Position numbers and translations under genes: made by a program. Below, in pieces: positions 9,163 through 17,005 of a DNA stretch of 30,805 bases; the first letter of the stretch is position 1; each line of letters opens with the position of its first letter. This DNA is from a virus (taxonomy: Duplodnaviria; Caudoviricetes), in the IMG/VR virus record IMGVR_UViG_3300020045_002642, positions 1 through 30,805 of that record; one strand, given 5' to 3'. The notes under the pieces were generated by a model, which was not told the DNA's origin, did no database searches, and was given only the letters and a program-made list of their open reading frames with translations.

Positions 9163-9992
9163 TATACAGTTACTTTTAAATCTTTGTAATACTTAATACC
9201 ATTTACTACTTTACCATCTTCTAATGACTCAGAATTAGCTTTTAGATACTCTTTTACTTTACCCTCATCTACCATTAAGAACTCTTTAGGAACTGAGTTA
9301 ATATCTACTACTTCGTAAGTCCATGGATTTCTAGTCTTCTTAAACGTAAATGAAATTACTGGAGTAGTATCCTCCGACTCGATTTCTTGTTTTGCTTCTT
9401 CTGCGTTTTGTTTTATAGCTTCTGCTTCATCTGGCGTTGCTGATTCTAATGCTAATAACTCTTCTTTCTTCAACTCAACAAGTTTTTTATACTTATCAAT
9501 TTCTGTTTTAACCCTTTCAGTAAATCCTTTCCATCTATCTTCTTTTACTTCTTTTGATAATTTTATAAGGAATAAATCGCATCCTCCAACACTTTCTAAA
9601 GCATCATAAGAATTTTTAATCCAACTCAAAAATGAGTTATAATCTGTTGTTAATTTAATAAAAGCTATCTTTTCATTCTTTAAATACTCAATAGGGTCAA
9701 CTTTAAAATCTAATACATAGTTCTTAGCGCCGTCATAAGCTTTACATTTATCCCAATAAGGTTTCTTTCCATCTGCGTGCATTTTCTCAACGGCGGACAC
9801 TAAATCATTCATTTTGCCTAGTTGGTTCTCCATAACTGCTAAACTATTCTCATCAGTTACTTTAATTTGTAGGCAGGTTTCAGCCGCCTTGTCGAGTTGT
9901 AATTTTACATTCTCGAATTTAAGAAGAGATGGCTTTAACTCAGGAGTTTGTACAATCAATTCTTGTAGTGTTACTTTTTCTTTCTTTGCCAT
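9162..9992 (-). CDS. Coiled-coil phage protein with Gp157-like C-terminus
   Basis: WTYEVVDINSVPKEFLMVDEGKVKEYLK...VNGIKYY. Confidence 0.6.
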   Translation of the reverse strand: MAKKEKVTLQELIVQTPELKPSLLKFENVKLQLDKAAETCLQIKVTDENSLAVMENQLGKMNDLVSAVEKMHADGKKPYWDKCKAYDGAKNYVLDFKVDPIEYLKNEKIAFIKLTTDYNSFLSWIKNSYDALESVGGCDLFLIKLSKEVKEDRWKGFTERVKTEIDKYKKLVELKKEELLALESATPDEAEAIKQNAEEAKQEIESEDTTPVISFTFKKTRNPWTYEVVDINSVPKEFLMVDEGKVKEYLKANSESLEDGKVVNGIKYYKDLKVTV

Positions 9993-10119
9993 AGGTTATT
10001 TTTTATTTCTTAGTGGTTTAAATGCGCATCCGCAATGGTATAATCCACGTTGTGGCACAAAGCATTCATTAACCATTTGATATTTTTCTCCTTTTATTAT
10101 TTTACCGCAATTATCGCAA

Positions 10120-10554
10120 TTAATAATATTGTTCTTGTTGTTTGTCTCTAATTTTCCCATCAAAATATTCTTTAGATTCTTTCATGTAATCAAACTCAAA
10201 TTGAAATGGATACAAATTCATTCCAGTTTGTCTAAGTATTGATAAAATACAAGCAGGACAATCATCATATCTTCTTCTAAGTTCGTCCATAGTTGTTTCT
10301 TTTCCAATCCATTCTATTTTATCTGATTCAAAATCAAACATATTATCTAATGGAGTTGATTTTGATTTAACTATTTTAAAGCGAGATTTAAAGTAAACAA
10401 TGTCTTCGGTTAATTCAGTGCTATTCTCACATAACTTACAATATCTTAATGGATTTGCTGTGCAATTTTTCTCGTGATTAACAATAGCGTCCTTTCTTAG
10501 ACCTTTCTTTTTACAAAAATCACAGTAGTAAACATATTTCTTAATTGATTTCAT
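10120..10554 (-). CDS. Cys-rich hypothetical protein, probable zinc binding
   Basis: YYCDFC...HEKNC, CKLC, CPAC. Confidence 0.65.
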   Translation of the reverse strand: MKSIKKYVYYCDFCKKKGLRKDAIVNHEKNCTANPLRYCKLCENSTELTEDIVYFKSRFKIVKSKSTPLDNMFDFESDKIEWIGKETTMDELRRRYDDCPACILSILRQTGMNLYPFQFEFDYMKESKEYFDGKIRDKQQEQYY

Positions 10555-10560
10555 AATATA

Positions 10561-10589
10561 CTTTAACGATAATAAAAATAAAAGGTTAC
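10561..10589 (-). promoter_or_regulatory. Repeated phage promoter GTAACC-N15-CGTTAAA
   Basis: Motif copy directly upstream of the ATG at 10554. Confidence 0.65.
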
Positions 10590-10618
10590 AATAATTTGAT
10601 TATTTATTCAATTATTTT

Positions 10619-11038
10619 TTATTCTTCTCTTAATAGCCTGAATTTGTGATACATAGAATCTACTTTAGGAATAACTATTTCATCAGGCATTACTCTTTTA
10701 TCTAAGTCTGCTTTAATATTAAGCCATATCTCCGCCATCTTACATTTACAGTAGTCTTGATAGATTTTCTTATGCTTATCTTTATCTTTAATACTCTTGT
10801 CTTGAATGACTAGGTAGTCTGCTTTACAATTCTCTAATACTTCTTTCTTGATATTTTCATCAACAGTCATATCATTACCTGCCCATTTAAGTAAATCATA
10901 AAGCATGGCTCCTGAGTGGTGGTTGGTAATTATACCACATCCTTCATTATCGTAAAGGTTATAGAACTCTTTTAGGCAGATAGCGCATAGTGCTAATCCT
11001 ATTTCTGATTTAAAATCTACTTTAGAACTCTTCTCCAT
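10619..11038 (-). CDS. Hypothetical protein
   Basis: 139 aa ORF overlapping the dnaB end. Confidence 0.6.
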   Translation of the reverse strand: MEKSSKVDFKSEIGLALCAICLKEFYNLYDNEGCGIITNHHSGAMLYDLLKWAGNDMTVDENIKKEVLENCKADYLVIQDKSIKDKDKHKKIYQDYCKCKMAEIWLNIKADLDKRVMPDEIVIPKVDSMYHKFRLLREE

Positions 11039-12398
11039 TGCTTCCTCCTGTTATTATATCATTTGAATCTGGAGTATAATCTTTAAAAGCCGAATATTTA
11101 CCTTCAAATCTTACATAAACCTTTCCTGTGCTTCCGTATCTGTTTTTAGCAACATTTATCTCGCATAATCCGCGCAAGTCCATTCCTGATTTAGGATCTT
11201 TAGCATCAGCATCGTAGTAATCGGCTCTGTAAAGTAACCAAATTTGTACCGCGTTTGCCTCAATAGCTCCTGAGTCTTTCAAGTCAGACATATAAGGGTA
11301 TGGAGGACTTCTTTTTTCTACTTCTCTTGATAATTGAGATAATTCAATCATGCAGCAGTTTTCGGTTTTAGAAGTCTCTAGTAACCCATTACATCTATCT
11401 CCAACTTGTTCTTCTTTAGATTTTCCAACCGTCTCTTCTTTTGTATTCTTCATTAACTGTAAATAGTCAATCATTACAGTCATAAGAGTACTTAATGGAA
11501 CGCCTAATTGTTTACGAACTTTTCTTATTTTAGTTCTAGCGTATTGCCATGTAATAGCAGGTGTATCATCAATAACTAAGTTTCTTTTAATTCTACTTCT
11601 AAGATTCTTTATTCTAATCATATCTTCATCAGATACATTTCCGCTTCTAATCTGCCAGCTATTAATCTCTAGGCAGTTGGCCCAAATGTTTTTCATTAGC
11701 TGTTTCGCAGGCATTTCTAAAGAAAATATAATCAAAGGCTCTCCTTTATCAACAGCAATATGTTTAGCTATATTAATAATTAAGCTAGTTTTTCCCATTC
11801 CTGGTCTCGCTCCAACAACAATTACCTCTTGCTTTGCCCCTGAAGTTAATTTATTTAAGTCTTTTATTCCATAAGAGTGACCTATAACTTCCGATTTACT
11901 ATTTTGGGCTTCTAACAACTCTTCAAATGCTTCATCAAAAACATCCTCAATATTCCTTTCTACAGATAGGTTATTCTTAATACTCTCAATATCCGACACT
12001 ATAGACTTTAAATCATCAATAGAACTATTTACATCACTAATCTCATTACTAAGCTCTGAATGAACGCTATGAAGCACGGGAAGCATTTTGCGCTTAGTGT
12101 ATTCATCAAAAATATCATTTACATATTCTGATACGTTTTTAGCAATAGCATAATTAGGCTCTGACACCTCAAGTCCAATTTCCTTTTTATTGCAACCTGC
12201 TTTAATAAGCATATTAGAAAGTAAATAAACATCAGACTTTTTATTTTGCCCGTGGTTATGCTTAATTATTTTGTACTTAACCTTGTTAAAGTTTGTGGAC
12301 CACAACTCATCAAATATTAAATGCTGGCATCCTTCAAATAAATTCTCATTATCCGCGTACAAATTGAGTACAGCGCGTTCTTTTTCTTTTAATGTCAT
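11022..12398 (-). CDS. dnaB: Replicative DNA helicase
   Basis: GARPGMGKT, FSLEM, IDYLQLM, LSQLSR, SDLKDSGAIE, KNRYG. Confidence 0.95.
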   Translation of the reverse strand: MTLKEKERAVLNLYADNENLFEGCQHLIFDELWSTNFNKVKYKIIKHNHGQNKKSDVYLLSNMLIKAGCNKKEIGLEVSEPNYAIAKNVSEYVNDIFDEYTKRKMLPVLHSVHSELSNEISDVNSSIDDLKSIVSDIESIKNNLSVERNIEDVFDEAFEELLEAQNSKSEVIGHSYGIKDLNKLTSGAKQEVIVVGARPGMGKTSLIINIAKHIAVDKGEPLIIFSLEMPAKQLMKNIWANCLEINSWQIRSGNVSDEDMIRIKNLRSRIKRNLVIDDTPAITWQYARTKIRKVRKQLGVPLSTLMTVMIDYLQLMKNTKEETVGKSKEEQVGDRCNGLLETSKTENCCMIELSQLSREVEKRSPPYPYMSDLKDSGAIEANAVQIWLLYRADYYDADAKDPKSGMDLRGLCEINVAKNRYGSTGKVYVRFEGKYSAFKDYTPDSNDIITGGSNGEEF

Positions 12399-12946
12399 TT
12401 TTGGTAGTATTTAAAAGTTGTATTATTAAATCTAGTTCCAGCTAATTTTCTCTTAAATCCGCTATATTCTATTCCGTTTTCTTTAGCGGCTATTTTTATA
12501 GAATCATAAATCTTACCATTTGATGTATCAATTACTTTCATAGAACACCTTTCTATGGTTCTGCTTATCAATAAATCTATTTGATGAGGATATATTTTGT
12601 TTAACCCTGTATCAAAAGCGTGTTGACAATTTTCTTGATTGGTCGCCCATGCTAAATTAGAAACATGGTTATTTAACTTATTACCATCTAAGTGATTTAG
12701 TTGAGGTTTATTTTCAGGATTAGGAATGAATGCCAATCCAACTAGTCTATGAACTTTTTTAGTGTGTCCCTTTTTGTCTTTAACCAAGGATACTAAATAA
12801 TATTTCGTTGTGCCTATTCCTGGTTTTAAATTTCTTTCTCCAAATCTACCTGCGAATTTTAGTGATTTTACATTTCCGAAAGTAGATACAGCATACCTGC
12901 CTTCAAATCCTTCAATGTCTTTCCAAATTTCTTCTGTTTGTTCCAT
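12395..12946 (-). CDS. NUMOD4-HNH homing endonuclease
   Basis: EIWKDIEGFEGRYAVSTFGNVKS, VHRLVG, NHLDGNKLNNHVSNLAW. Confidence 0.9.
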   Translation of the reverse strand: MEQTEEIWKDIEGFEGRYAVSTFGNVKSLKFAGRFGERNLKPGIGTTKYYLVSLVKDKKGHTKKVHRLVGLAFIPNPENKPQLNHLDGNKLNNHVSNLAWATNQENCQHAFDTGLNKIYPHQIDLLISRTIERCSMKVIDTSNGKIYDSIKIAAKENGIEYSGFKRKLAGTRFNNTTFKYYQK

Positions 12947-13064
12947 AATTAAAATACCAGCGCCTACAAAGACTCATCCACTCGCTAAGTATTAGCATTT
13001 GGCAATGTAAGCAACTGGATTTTTTTTAATTTCGTTTTAGTGAATGAGTGATGTAAATATACGA

Positions 13065-13442
13065 TTAACTTCTGAAAAAACTAGATGTTTGTTCTGTTTT
13101 TTCTTGTATTTTATTCTTGTCAACAAACCAAACTGATAGCGCCTTTCCTTTCCAATTCAATACAGGTGAACCATTAGCTCCTTTCCATTCCATTGTAGAA
13201 TAGTATTCAAAAAACTTATTCGCGGATTCTAAAGTATATCCCTTTTCTTTAAAATAAGCTCTCACATCTTCTATTTTTGGCGCAGGCGCAGGCTTCTTTT
13301 TCTCCTTCTTAGGTTTACTAAAATAACTTTTAATAGCTTCATGTGTAGCTTTAGTGTATTTCTGTTGTTTCTTTGATCCATCCGCCAAAGTGAAATTATA
13401 TAGGAATAAATTTCCTTCTTCTATTACTTCTAGTTTTACCAT
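13065..13442 (-). CDS. Putative replication initiator or helicase-loader protein
   Basis: PKIEDVRAYF...ANKFFEYYSTMEWK...VLNWK motif; lies upstream of dnaB. Confidence 0.6.
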   Translation of the reverse strand: MVKLEVIEEGNLFLYNFTLADGSKKQQKYTKATHEAIKSYFSKPKKEKKKPAPAPKIEDVRAYFKEKGYTLESANKFFEYYSTMEWKGANGSPVLNWKGKALSVWFVDKNKIQEKTEQTSSFFRS

Positions 13443-13447
13443 GTTTT

Positions 13448-13465
13448 TAATTCAAGTTTGAGTTA
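13448..13465. promoter_or_regulatory. 18-bp palindrome TAATTCAAGTTTGAGTTA
   Basis: Fills the gap between the integrase stop and the initiator ATG. Confidence 0.55.
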
Positions 13466-13583
13466 TAATTTGATGTTTGATAGAGGGCTTTGTATTTTAC
13501 TTATGTGATTATGACTGATGTGGAGATAGATATTAGTGGTTTTTACACTACTATGACCAGCGAGTCTTTGGATAAGATTAATA
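13463..13583 (-). pseudogene. Tyrosine recombinase C-terminal fragment (box II His and catalytic Tyr)
   Basis: [21 protein letters not shown]...IQSPL. Confidence 0.85.
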
Positions 13584-14147
13584 CTTTTCATAAGAAAATA
13601 TAAAACCTCCGCATGTTTTTGCCCTATTCCCTCTACATACTTCACAAATTGAATTATAAATTAATCCAAGCTGTCTGCCAGCTTCTCTCGCACAAGGATA
13701 TTCTTTTATAAAATTTTTATTTAAATCGTATTGAAAAACAGGCTTACTTCTATTATGTTCAGAATTAAATTTACCACTAAAAGAACCTTTTTTTCCAAGC
13801 ACATAGTAAGCATGTTTATTGTTTTCTGAACTTGTACACCACTCTAAATTTTCAACTCTATTATCTGATTTTATACCGTTTATATGATTTACAGTAAGTT
13901 TATTTTCAGGATTAGGTATAAAAGCCATTGCGACTAACCTATGAACAAAAATATTTCCTTTGTTAAAACTCACATAAGGATAACCTTGTTTGCTTATAGT
14001 TGCAGTTTTTAATTTACCTTTTAATTTCATTTTGAAAGAAGTTCCACCTCTTTCACATAATTTTTCAGAATCAATAGTTTTAACATTTCCTTTATCAGAA
14101 ACTAGCAATTCTATGCCTCTATAATTAGACGTTTTCCATTTTTCCAT
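13578..14147 (-). CDS. HNH homing endonuclease with NUMOD1-like C-terminus, lying inside the integrase
   Basis: [43 protein letters not shown]; own TATATTTG promoter element at 14162-14169. Confidence 0.9.
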   Translation of the reverse strand: MEKWKTSNYRGIELLVSDKGNVKTIDSEKLCERGGTSFKMKLKGKLKTATISKQGYPYVSFNKGNIFVHRLVAMAFIPNPENKLTVNHINGIKSDNRVENLEWCTSSENNKHAYYVLGKKGSFSGKFNSEHNRSKPVFQYDLNKNFIKEYPCAREAGRQLGLIYNSICEVCRGNRAKTCGGFIFSYEKY

Positions 14148-14568
14148 AATTGTTTTTTATACAAATATAATTAATTATATCAATACATACTAATATGTGA
14201 GTAATTACCTTATGCTTTGTGTTAACGCAAGCTTTAAACATAGATTGAACTTCATCTATAGACAGAACTATTGGCAACTTTTTATCCTTTTTACTAAATG
14301 GTATTTTATCTAACTTTAACGGCATTCCGACTGTGATTTCATAGAATGATTTTATTCCACATAACTTATGGTTTCTAGTGTTGATAGTATCAAAAGAACA
14401 AAGCCACTCTTTAATCTCTTGCGTTGAAATCCTAGAAGGCTCTTTAACATCCTTGAATTTATAAAGGAATGATTTTACAGAGGATTGATAATTTTCCTGA
14501 GTTTTCACGCTAGGATATTTTAACTTACTATCTGTACAATATCTATCAAGCCAAATTGGAATATTCAT
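14125..14568 (-). pseudogene. Integron-type tyrosine recombinase, N-terminal half
   Basis: SVKTQENY...FL SAM-like domain, KKLPIVLSIDEV, NTKHKVI; similarity stops near 14200; divergent from the cassette array. Confidence 0.8.
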
Positions 14569-14599
14569 TTTTAAAGTATTGATTTTATTAGTGATTAAA

Positions 14600-14626
14600 A
14601 AGGTTTCTTACATAGTATAGTTAGAA
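14600..14626 (+). other. attI-like site, crossover G/TT at 14620-14622
   Basis: GTTAGAA is complementary to TTCTAAC of the first attC; no hairpin upstream; about 50 bp from the integrase start. Confidence 0.65.
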
Positions 14627-14631
14627 AGAAA

Positions 14632-14778
14632 TGTTTTTGGGGTGTGAGAATCGAACTCACGGGCGGATGCCTCCTTTCTACAACCATTAACTTATTTCTA
14701 AGCCGAAGGGAATCGAACCCTTGATGTACCATACTTTCAGCTTGAATCGAACAAGCTCCCTCCAAAACCCCAAAAACA
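14632..14778 (-). ncRNA. Putative structured RNA with three T-loop hairpins, in cassette 1
   Basis: Three GTTCGATTC loops with perfect but different stems, one GAAA hairpin and a 12-bp closing stem. Confidence 0.6.
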
Positions 14779-14783
14779 CATTC

Positions 14784-14837
14784 TTCTAACATGGGCTATA
14801 AAACATTAAAACGATTTTATAGCCCTATCCGTTATGT
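14784..14837 (+). other. attC-like site 1 (54 bp)
   Basis: TAAC-AT-GGGCTATAAAA...TTTTATAGCCC-TATCC-GTTA. Confidence 0.75.
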
Positions 14838-14843
14838 GCAAGG

Positions 14844-15068
14844 CTACACCCGAATAGCATCGACCCTTCTTTCACTAAGTTGCTTCAATAAATTAATTAG
14901 TGTGCTTAATTCACCATCTTCAAAATAATATGTGTCACCTTTTCCGTTTTCAACCTTATATGAGTTTGATACGGTTTGAAAGCTTAAAACCATTTCGTGT
15001 TCAGGGCATCCTGATTGAACACAATCATCTGAACATCTATATTTTTCCTTTAAAACTACTGTTGCCAT
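14844..15068 (-). CDS. Cassette 2 hypothetical protein
   Basis: 74 aa ORF filling the cassette; CSDDC...CPEH. Confidence 0.7.
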   Translation of the reverse strand: MATVVLKEKYRCSDDCVQSGCPEHEMVLSFQTVSNSYKVENGKGDTYYFEDGELSTLINLLKQLSERRVDAIRV

Positions 15069-15109
15069 TTTGTTTTCAAATTAATTTTAGTACTGATAGA
15101 CCGCCCAGC

Positions 15110-15202
15110 ACATAACAGCGGTTTGGCAAAAGCTGCCATTGAAATTTGTGCAAATATTTAGCATCCGTTAGGCAGCCTTCGCCAAGCCGCAAAACGTTAT
15201 AG
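15110..15202 (+). other. attC-like site 2
   Basis: TAAC-A-GCGGTTTGGC-AAAA-GCTGCC...GGCAGC-CTTC-GCCAAGCCGC-AAAAC-GTTA. Confidence 0.85.
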
Positions 15203-15216
15203 GCAAATAAATTTTA

Positions 15217-15438
15217 CTACGCTATCCTGTAACCAACATATCCGCAGTTCTCTTTCATACAAGCCACATTTTTTTGTGGTGGGTTGCTTGTTAATGTCAT
15301 CATTGGCTGGCTGTCGTAAAGTTCCTCACCGCATTTAGGACAAGCAATACCATTTAGTTGTGGCTTGTTATAATCAAATGAATGAACTGCTCTTGCTGTT
15401 GAATTGTGTTCGTCTAATGTTTTTAATTTCTTGCTCAT
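15217..15438 (-). CDS. Cassette 3 zinc-ribbon protein
   Basis: CPKCG...CMKENCGY. Confidence 0.7.
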   Translation of the reverse strand: MSKKLKTLDEHNSTARAVHSFDYNKPQLNGIACPKCGEELYDSQPMMTLTSNPPQKNVACMKENCGYVGYRIA

Positions 15439-15458
15439 AATCCGTAAAATTTATCAGC

Positions 15459-15589
15459 CTATAACATACGCTATACAAAAGTGGGGCTGTGTGCCAAATC
15501 TGTACAGTTGTGCATCTAATTTGCTTTTTTGCGGTAAGAAAGGGTTGTGCATCTTAATCCCCACCTTCGTATAGCGTCAGCCGTTAGAA
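15459..15589 (+). other. attC-like site 3
   Basis: TAAC-AT-ACGCTATAC-AAAA-GTGGGG...CCCCAC-CTTC-GTATAGCGT-CAGCC-GTTA. Confidence 0.85.
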
Positions 15590-15595
15590 CCAATA

Positions 15596-15802
15596 CTAAG
15601 ACCGAAGTGCATCTAAGTCAAATCCCATTTCTTCTAACTTTGACCGAAGTGCAATTTCCCAACCTTCTTTTGGTCGTTCTAAAAAACGATATTCGCTATC
15701 GTAGATTAAGTCTTTCATTTCAGCTTCCTTAAAGCCACCGCTATGAACTGATGTAAAAACACAGTCAAAGCATTCGATTAATTGTTCTCTTGTTGGTTTC
15801 AT
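15596..15802 (-). CDS. Cassette 4 hypothetical protein
   Basis: 68 aa ORF filling the cassette. Confidence 0.7.
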   Translation of the reverse strand: MKPTREQLIECFDCVFTSVHSGGFKEAEMKDLIYDSEYRFLERPKEGWEIALRSKLEEMGFDLDALRS

Positions 15803-15815
15803 AATAAAGTACTGG

Positions 15816-15910
15816 TGCTAACAGCGTATATACAAGATACGCCTACAAGCATTTGTTTATAATTTGAAATTTCGTTAAGGTGTACCTCGTATATACACAA
15901 ACCGTTAGCC
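15816..15910 (+). other. attC-like site 4
   Basis: TAAC-AGC-GTATATAC-AAGA-TACGCCT...AGGTGTA-CCTC-GTATATAC-ACAAACC-GTTA. Confidence 0.8.
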
Positions 15911-16066
15911 GCTATCCGCTTTATTCAATCCATTATTATTGTAATTAGGAACTATATTTATCTCTATAGTTTTCACAACCTTAACTTCTCTTTTCTCACA
16001 AGGCTTTAAAGATTTAAAATATCCAAATAAAACTAATCCTATAAATATATACTTGATTGCTTTCAT
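15905..16066 (-). CDS. 53 aa protein with hydrophobic N-terminus (not in the ORF track)
   Basis: MKAIKYIFIGLVLFGYF...NKADSG; follows a promoter motif; stop lies in the last attC core. Confidence 0.55.
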   Translation of the reverse strand: MKAIKYIFIGLVLFGYFKSLKPCEKREVKVVKTIEINIVPNYNNNGLNKADSG

Positions 16067-16071
16067 AGACT

Positions 16072-16100
16072 GTTTAACGTAGATAAAATAAAAAGGTTAC
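16072..16100 (-). promoter_or_regulatory. Repeated phage promoter pointing into the cassette array
   Basis: GTAACC-N15-CGTTAAAC. Confidence 0.65.
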
Positions 16101-16107
16101 GTTATTA

Positions 16108-16452
16108 TTAATCTTTTTTATCAGCAGCATACATAGCTTTTTGTAATAATTCCCCTGACAACTTCTGTATAATATAAGAGGCATGAATTAGTTTATCGTA
16201 TCTATCATTAAATTGTTTTTTCTTATCGGCGGATAGTGCTTTATATATATCGCTTCCTTTAGTCATCTCAGAGTCTTTTTTAATCATTTCTACTACTCCT
16301 CTTGAGTGAAGCATCGCGGCTATGTCGTTATTAATAGTGTTAGATGTTTCTAATTCATATCCTTCTTTAGATATAGTTAGTTTGTAGTTAATAGAGCCTT
16401 CTATTACTAATTCATTTGGAGCATCCGCCGACTTGTTTTCTTGTTTTTTCAT
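16108..16452 (-). CDS. Hypothetical protein
   Basis: 114 aa ORF. Confidence 0.65.
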   Translation of the reverse strand: MKKQENKSADAPNELVIEGSINYKLTISKEGYELETSNTINNDIAAMLHSRGVVEMIKKDSEMTKGSDIYKALSADKKKQFNDRYDKLIHASYIIQKLSGELLQKAMYAADKKD

Positions 16453-16636
16453 ATTATTTATTTGTTTTTATTTTCATATTCATAGTTTTTATATCCATCA
16501 ATTTGAGCCTTTACATTTCCTCTTCTTCTTAAACTATTCATGTCTAAGAAATACATTTCAACTCCATGTTTTTCAGCTATTTTCACGTCTGTTTGCCATT
16601 CTGTATAGCATAACCAATTTAAGAAAGTCATCATAT

Positions 16637-16867
16637 TTATTTTTTATTAGTTATGTGTACTTTTACTCCGCAATATTCGCCGATAATATAGCTTTCATTT
16701 ATAAGCTCTTTATTGTATTCCACCCTTCCAGTAATATCTTCAAACACTTTATCATAATCTTCTTTATCCAAATCTATTTTAATAGATACGTTTGTAGGAA
16801 GCTCCATATATTTATTAGACAGGTTATTTATAAACCATCTTATCTTATCGCTTGTATCAATTTTCAT
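16637..16867 (-). CDS. Hypothetical protein
   Basis: 76 aa ORF. Confidence 0.55.
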   Translation of the reverse strand: MKIDTSDKIRWFINNLSNKYMELPTNVSIKIDLDKEDYDKVFEDITGRVEYNKELINESYIIGEYCGVKVHITNKK

Positions 16868-17005
16868 TTTTATCAGTTTTACAGTTATTTGCTAGGCATT
16901 TAAAGCATTGTTTTATTCCTTTGATAATCTTCATCTCAGAAGTAAATACTGGGTGTAAGCTATACTCTGTAGGTTTCTTACAGATGTAACATACTTTTGT
17001 TTTAT

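Larger units (their letters stand above)
14620..15910 (+). mobile_element. Integron-like cassette array, four cassettes
   Basis: Units 14621-14831, 14832-15196, 15197-15583 and 15584-15904, each ending in a TAAC...GTTA hairpin. Confidence 0.85.

Noticed and set aside
13578-14200. Group I intron or intein in the integrase
   Set aside because: No room for an intron core, the HNH is a separate ORF, and the integrase middle is missing rather than interrupted
14595-14792. 65 aa minus-strand ORF
   Set aside because: It crosses both the attC core and attI and overlies the T-loop hairpins; better explained as RNA structure
14784-15910. CRISPR array or plain terminators
   Set aside because: Repeats differ in sequence, units are 200-390 bp and gene-sized, there are no U-tracts, and the paired cores fit attC
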